The notes beneath the pieces are model-generated. The model was not told the origin of the DNA, made no database searches, and saw only the letters and a program-made list of their open reading frames with translations. A program made the translations under genes and the position numbers. Shown piece by piece: positions 60,136 to 64,000 of a stretch of DNA of 64,000 nt. This stretch comes from Camelus dromedarius (taxonomy: Eukaryota), in the NCBI RefSeq assembly GCF_036321535.1, contig NC_087436.1, positions 112,346,001-112,410,000 of the forward strand. Direction: 5' to 3'. How positions within the stretch are numbered: the stretch's first letter is position 1; each line of letters starts with the position of its first letter.

Positions 60136-60808
60136 TTTTCAGTTTTTAAAATAATACAAAAAAAATGCAAAAATGTTCAAAGTAAAGCTTCGACATTCTC
60201 TCAGCCTTGAAGGATTGTGTATTTCTCTTATTAGGACTCCTTTACTTTCCTTTTTTACTGTAATATTTTTAAAATTTGACTTGTCCCTCGCTGCCCTCCC
60301 ATTACTGGGAAGTTCATGGATGGAAAATAATGCCTCATACTCACTTTTAATCTCCTTCATATTGGTAAAATTTGACATTTGAGTTGAGTCATAAAAAACG
60401 GGGAGGTTCCACTTGTTAGAGAGGATGCGGGAAGCTATTCAGAGCCAGCACAGTGCCTAGAACTTAGGAGAAAAGTTTGTTGAATGAAAGACTGAATGAA
60501 TGAATGAACGGGAGATCCATCCCCTATGACAGTAAAAAGATGAACAGGACAAATTCAAGATTAATAAACTTTAGGAATAAAAAGCTTCCTAAGAGGAGGA
60601 GAAGGAGGAGAAGATAGTAACAAGAAATCTGTCTCAGTGATCATATCTTCAGCAATGTTGCTAAATTTAGGCTGGTATAAATTAGTGGTTTTTATTTCCC
60701 AGCATTTTATACTTTCTCCTTCCTTAACTACTAAATTTGTTGGCATATATACAATACTGAATTACATGCTTTAATGCTTTATTTCAAGTTTTGAAAATGT
60801 ATATTCTT

Positions 60809-60965
60809 TTTTAATCTTTTATTTATTTATTATATTACTTAATTATTTTTTATTTTGGGGGGGGGAGGTAACTAGGCTCATTTATTTTTAGAGATACTGG
60901 GGCTTGAACCCAGGATCTTGCGCATGCTAAGCATGTGCTCTATCATTTGAGTTATACCTTCCTCC
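60809..60965 (-). mobile_element. Vic-1 SINE
   Basis: 'ctggggcttgaacccaggatcttgcgcatgctaagcatgtgctcta'. 16-bp TSD gaaaat(g/a)ta(t/c)attctt at 60793-60808 and 60966-60981. Confidence 0.92.
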
Positions 60966-60984
60966 GAAAATATACATTCTTAAA

Positions 60985-62230
60985 GAAAGTTGGCCTATAT
61001 TTTTATTTCTCCTATTGTCTGTGTTTTGTTTTGAGGGAATACCAGCTTCATAAAAGGAACTTAGGAGCTTTCTGTCTTCCTCAATCACTGGAACAGCTTG
61101 CATAAGCTAGTGGAGAGACCTCCTTCGTGATCTGATTGAGAGTCTTGAAAACTGATCCAGGTGAGTGATGGAGAGTGTGAGTGGGTGTATATATTTTTGA
61201 ACAGTGATTAAATTTCTTCAACATTCAGAGGACTTTTCAGATTTTCTGTGTCTTCTTCAGTCATTTTCGGTACTCTTCATTTTTCTACAAGCTTAATCAA
61301 CTATTTCCAAATTTATTGGCATAAAATTGTTCACAATATTCTCTTGTAAATATTTGTAATCTCTTCTGAATCTGTCACTATGATTCTTTTTTTCATTCCT
61401 AATAATAAATATTATTTACTTTAGATATTAATATCAATCACCATTGCTGAAAGTTTTTCTGTTAGTCTTTTCAAAGAACTCATTTTAATGTTTGCTGTCT
61501 ATCATTTCTTGCTTCCTATTTAATTTATTTCTGCTCTTTAGTACTGCCTGTTTCTCTTGCTTTGAGTTTACTTTTTCATTCTTTTTCTAACTTCTTGAAT
61601 TCAATAAATTTTTTGTAATTTTACATTTTCTTTTCTCTAATAATGTATTAACTCCATAAATTTAAAGTATTGCAATCACTAAACCCCATTATCTTTATTT
61701 GTAGTGTTTCTATTGTTATTCAGTTCTAAGTATTTTGTAACTTTTATTATAATTTCTTTTTAAGATATATTTTGTTTATTGACCACTATGTTTTTTTTTT
61801 TTCTTATTTTTAAAACTATGGGGATTGTTTTGTAGTATTGCTAGTTTGATTGTAGTTTAATAGGGCAACATGATCTATAGTCTATTTGTTTCCAGGTGTT
61901 TGCTGAGTCTTTTTTGTGGCTCTTTGTATAATTTATTCTTTAATTGATGAGAACAAAGTGGTTCTAGAATGCCCATTTTGTTGTATGGTTTAAATTTTCT
62001 TAATCTTTTTTTAAAAAAATACTTCCTACCTTATTTAGCAGATTCTGAGAAAGATATGGTTAAGCTTTCTTACCATTAGTAGAAATACACCCATACTTCC
62101 TTAAAATGCTTTCAAAGTTTATTTAAATATTTTGAAACCAGTGCTGTTAGTTGCAGATGAGCTCAGAACTGGTCTAGTTTCCTGGTGGATTATGTGCTGA
62201 CCTCCTTTACCTCTAACATTGATGTTACTC
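60985..62230 (-). mobile_element. Old L1M(E-like) ORF2 remnant
   Basis: T-rich antisense L1 pattern such as 'aaatttattggcataaaattgttcacaatattctctt'. Confidence 0.75.
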
Positions 62231-63490
62231 CTATGAAAAAGATAGTACTAATTCTTAATATAAAATTAAGCTAATATTAATAATTAATAATAATAATTAG
62301 ACTAATTAATAATTAATTAGTAGTAGTTAATAACTAGCAATACTATAATAATATTATTATAATAGCTTTTTTCCCTTCTTCCTCAGATAGAAAAGTGTCT
62401 TTAGGGAGTCACAGAGGGGCGTGTGGGCTCACCCCCACTCAGGCAAGCTGCCAGCTCGGGAGCTGAGCATCCCTCTGAGGGAGGGTAGACACACTCCCAG
62501 TAACGTCAGTCTCGTCTCTCCTTGCCCTGTGTGACCTGGACAGGGATGAGTGAGGCCCCACAGGCTGGGTGAATGACAGTTTGTTGATGAACACGTCTTC
62601 CCTGGCTGCAGACCATGCCATGCGCTCCAGAGCTGAGGTTCCCTCTTCTGACCAGATCCTCCTGTCCCTGCTACTGAATGGCCTCTCCTCTCCATCCCAG
62701 CTCAGCCCTATCGAGCTCTTCTACCAGGACAAGGAGCACTTCTGAGTGTCTAGGACACTCGATGGCCATCAAGACACTTGAGCCTCTTGTCAGCTCTGCC
62801 AGGAAGAAGCTCTGAGATCAGAGAAAAACCACATGGCCCAGCTGGGTGTATGTTTTTTCTATAAATAGCAGGAGGTACATTTTTTAAAGTCTGAAGTCAT
62901 TTCTAGCAAAGGGAATGCTATGAATCTGAGTCTTACTGCAATAGGTGACCTGCTTTTAATGTATTGGAAATTTCAAATGTTAAATGCTTTGCTGAGAAAT
63001 TAAGCAAACAAATCCCCAGAACCGGAAACAAGACGGTACCATGAAGGGGAGTGATGGGAGAGGCATTCATATGAAAAAAAATATTTACTAGGGTGGAGCC
63101 TGGCAGAGCAGGAACAATTTTCTTTAAACAAACACTCAAACTAACGATGACTTGTTTTCCCAGAAATTCTCCTCTTCTGTGAACTTCCACTTCTCTAAAA
63201 AAAGAAACATGACAATTTTCAAAACAAAGCAAGCTATATATAAGGATAAAACACGTGAACACGCTTTTGAAATTCATTTTAGTCCTCCAAGAATCTAACA
63301 AATAACTATCTGTTAAAAAAAAAAAAAAAGACTAGGAACATACATGCTATATGGACCCCATTTTCTAGGACGTCTAGTCTATACCAATGCTTCCACTCTA
63401 AAGTGTTACATAATTTGGGAATCACAATACTTACTAAAATTCATATACAAAAAGCACAAAATCTGAAATCCCCAGCACAGCCCTTCTCCT

Positions 63491-63509
63491 ATTTCACTAG
63501 GTGGCAGCA
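63491..63509 (+). promoter_or_regulatory. CTCF motif
   Basis: ATTTCACTAGGTGGCAGCA in unique sequence. Confidence 0.55.
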
Positions 63510-64000
63510 TGTAATAACAAATAATGATATTACACAGTAATAAAGAAAACTGCAAAGCTACTTTAATAACAAATGTCAGCCTCACAAAGATTCTAAAACA
63601 ACAGAAAGAAATTCAATCCTTTTTCAGCTTAACCTTAAAGGACGGTGGATCCAGTAGAGGCATTACTGAATTCTACACACTCACATATTCCAATTCAGGT
63701 AAAAATTCTTGAGACTAAAGAATGACGGAGAAAAGGGTTGGTTTCTCTGAGACATCTTTCCTCCATTAATATTTAACTAAAGGAGATGAAAACGCACCTC
63801 TAAGCCAAGAGAGCTGTCAATAGACACCAAAAGCCAGTGATAATGAAGCTTTTCTCAAAGTCAGATCTTGACATTGATTTGGCAATTAATGATCTAGAAA
63901 AGAAAATCGACATTTTAACTCTAAGGGAACATTCCAGCGCTAATGAGAAATTTAAGGCAACTGAGAAATTTAAGGCCATGTGTAGCAAACAGGCATTCTA

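Noticed and set aside
40425..60965. tRNA-like A/B-box sequences at 40.5, 41.3, 50.4, 51.9 and 60.9 kb as tRNA genes
   Set aside because: These are Vic-1 SINE heads followed by the SINE body, A-rich tail and mostly clear TSDs.

Overview
This is mammalian genomic DNA, almost certainly camelid (camel, alpaca or llama), judged from five Vic-1-type tRNA-derived SINEs and the young L1 3' ends. The window is repeat-rich and intergenic or deep-intronic. I find no protein-coding gene, RNA gene or CRISPR array that the sequence supports, and the ORFs in the track are L1 fragments, microsatellite artefacts or chance ORFs. The content is layered transposable elements: MaLR/MLT1, ERV1- and ERVL-class solo LTRs, L1M and young L1, L2, MIR, MER5/MER58 and Vic-1. 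Several still have readable target-site duplications (TSDs). The most interesting observations are: (1) local rearrangement scars, namely a 112-bp templated copy inserted in a MER21 LTR, a 536-bp insertion between 15-bp direct repeats carrying an LTR 3' half whose probable 5' half lies inverted about 0.8 kb away, and hairpin-associated tandem duplications; (2) a permuted chimeric L1 insertion; (3) a young CpG-rich solo LTR; (4) three strong CTCF motifs, one inside a MIR; (5) several repeat-free candidate enhancers and non-coding exons. I do not see evidence for a new biological system. Repeat subfamily names come from recalled consensus sequences and need RepeatMasker/Dfam confirmation.
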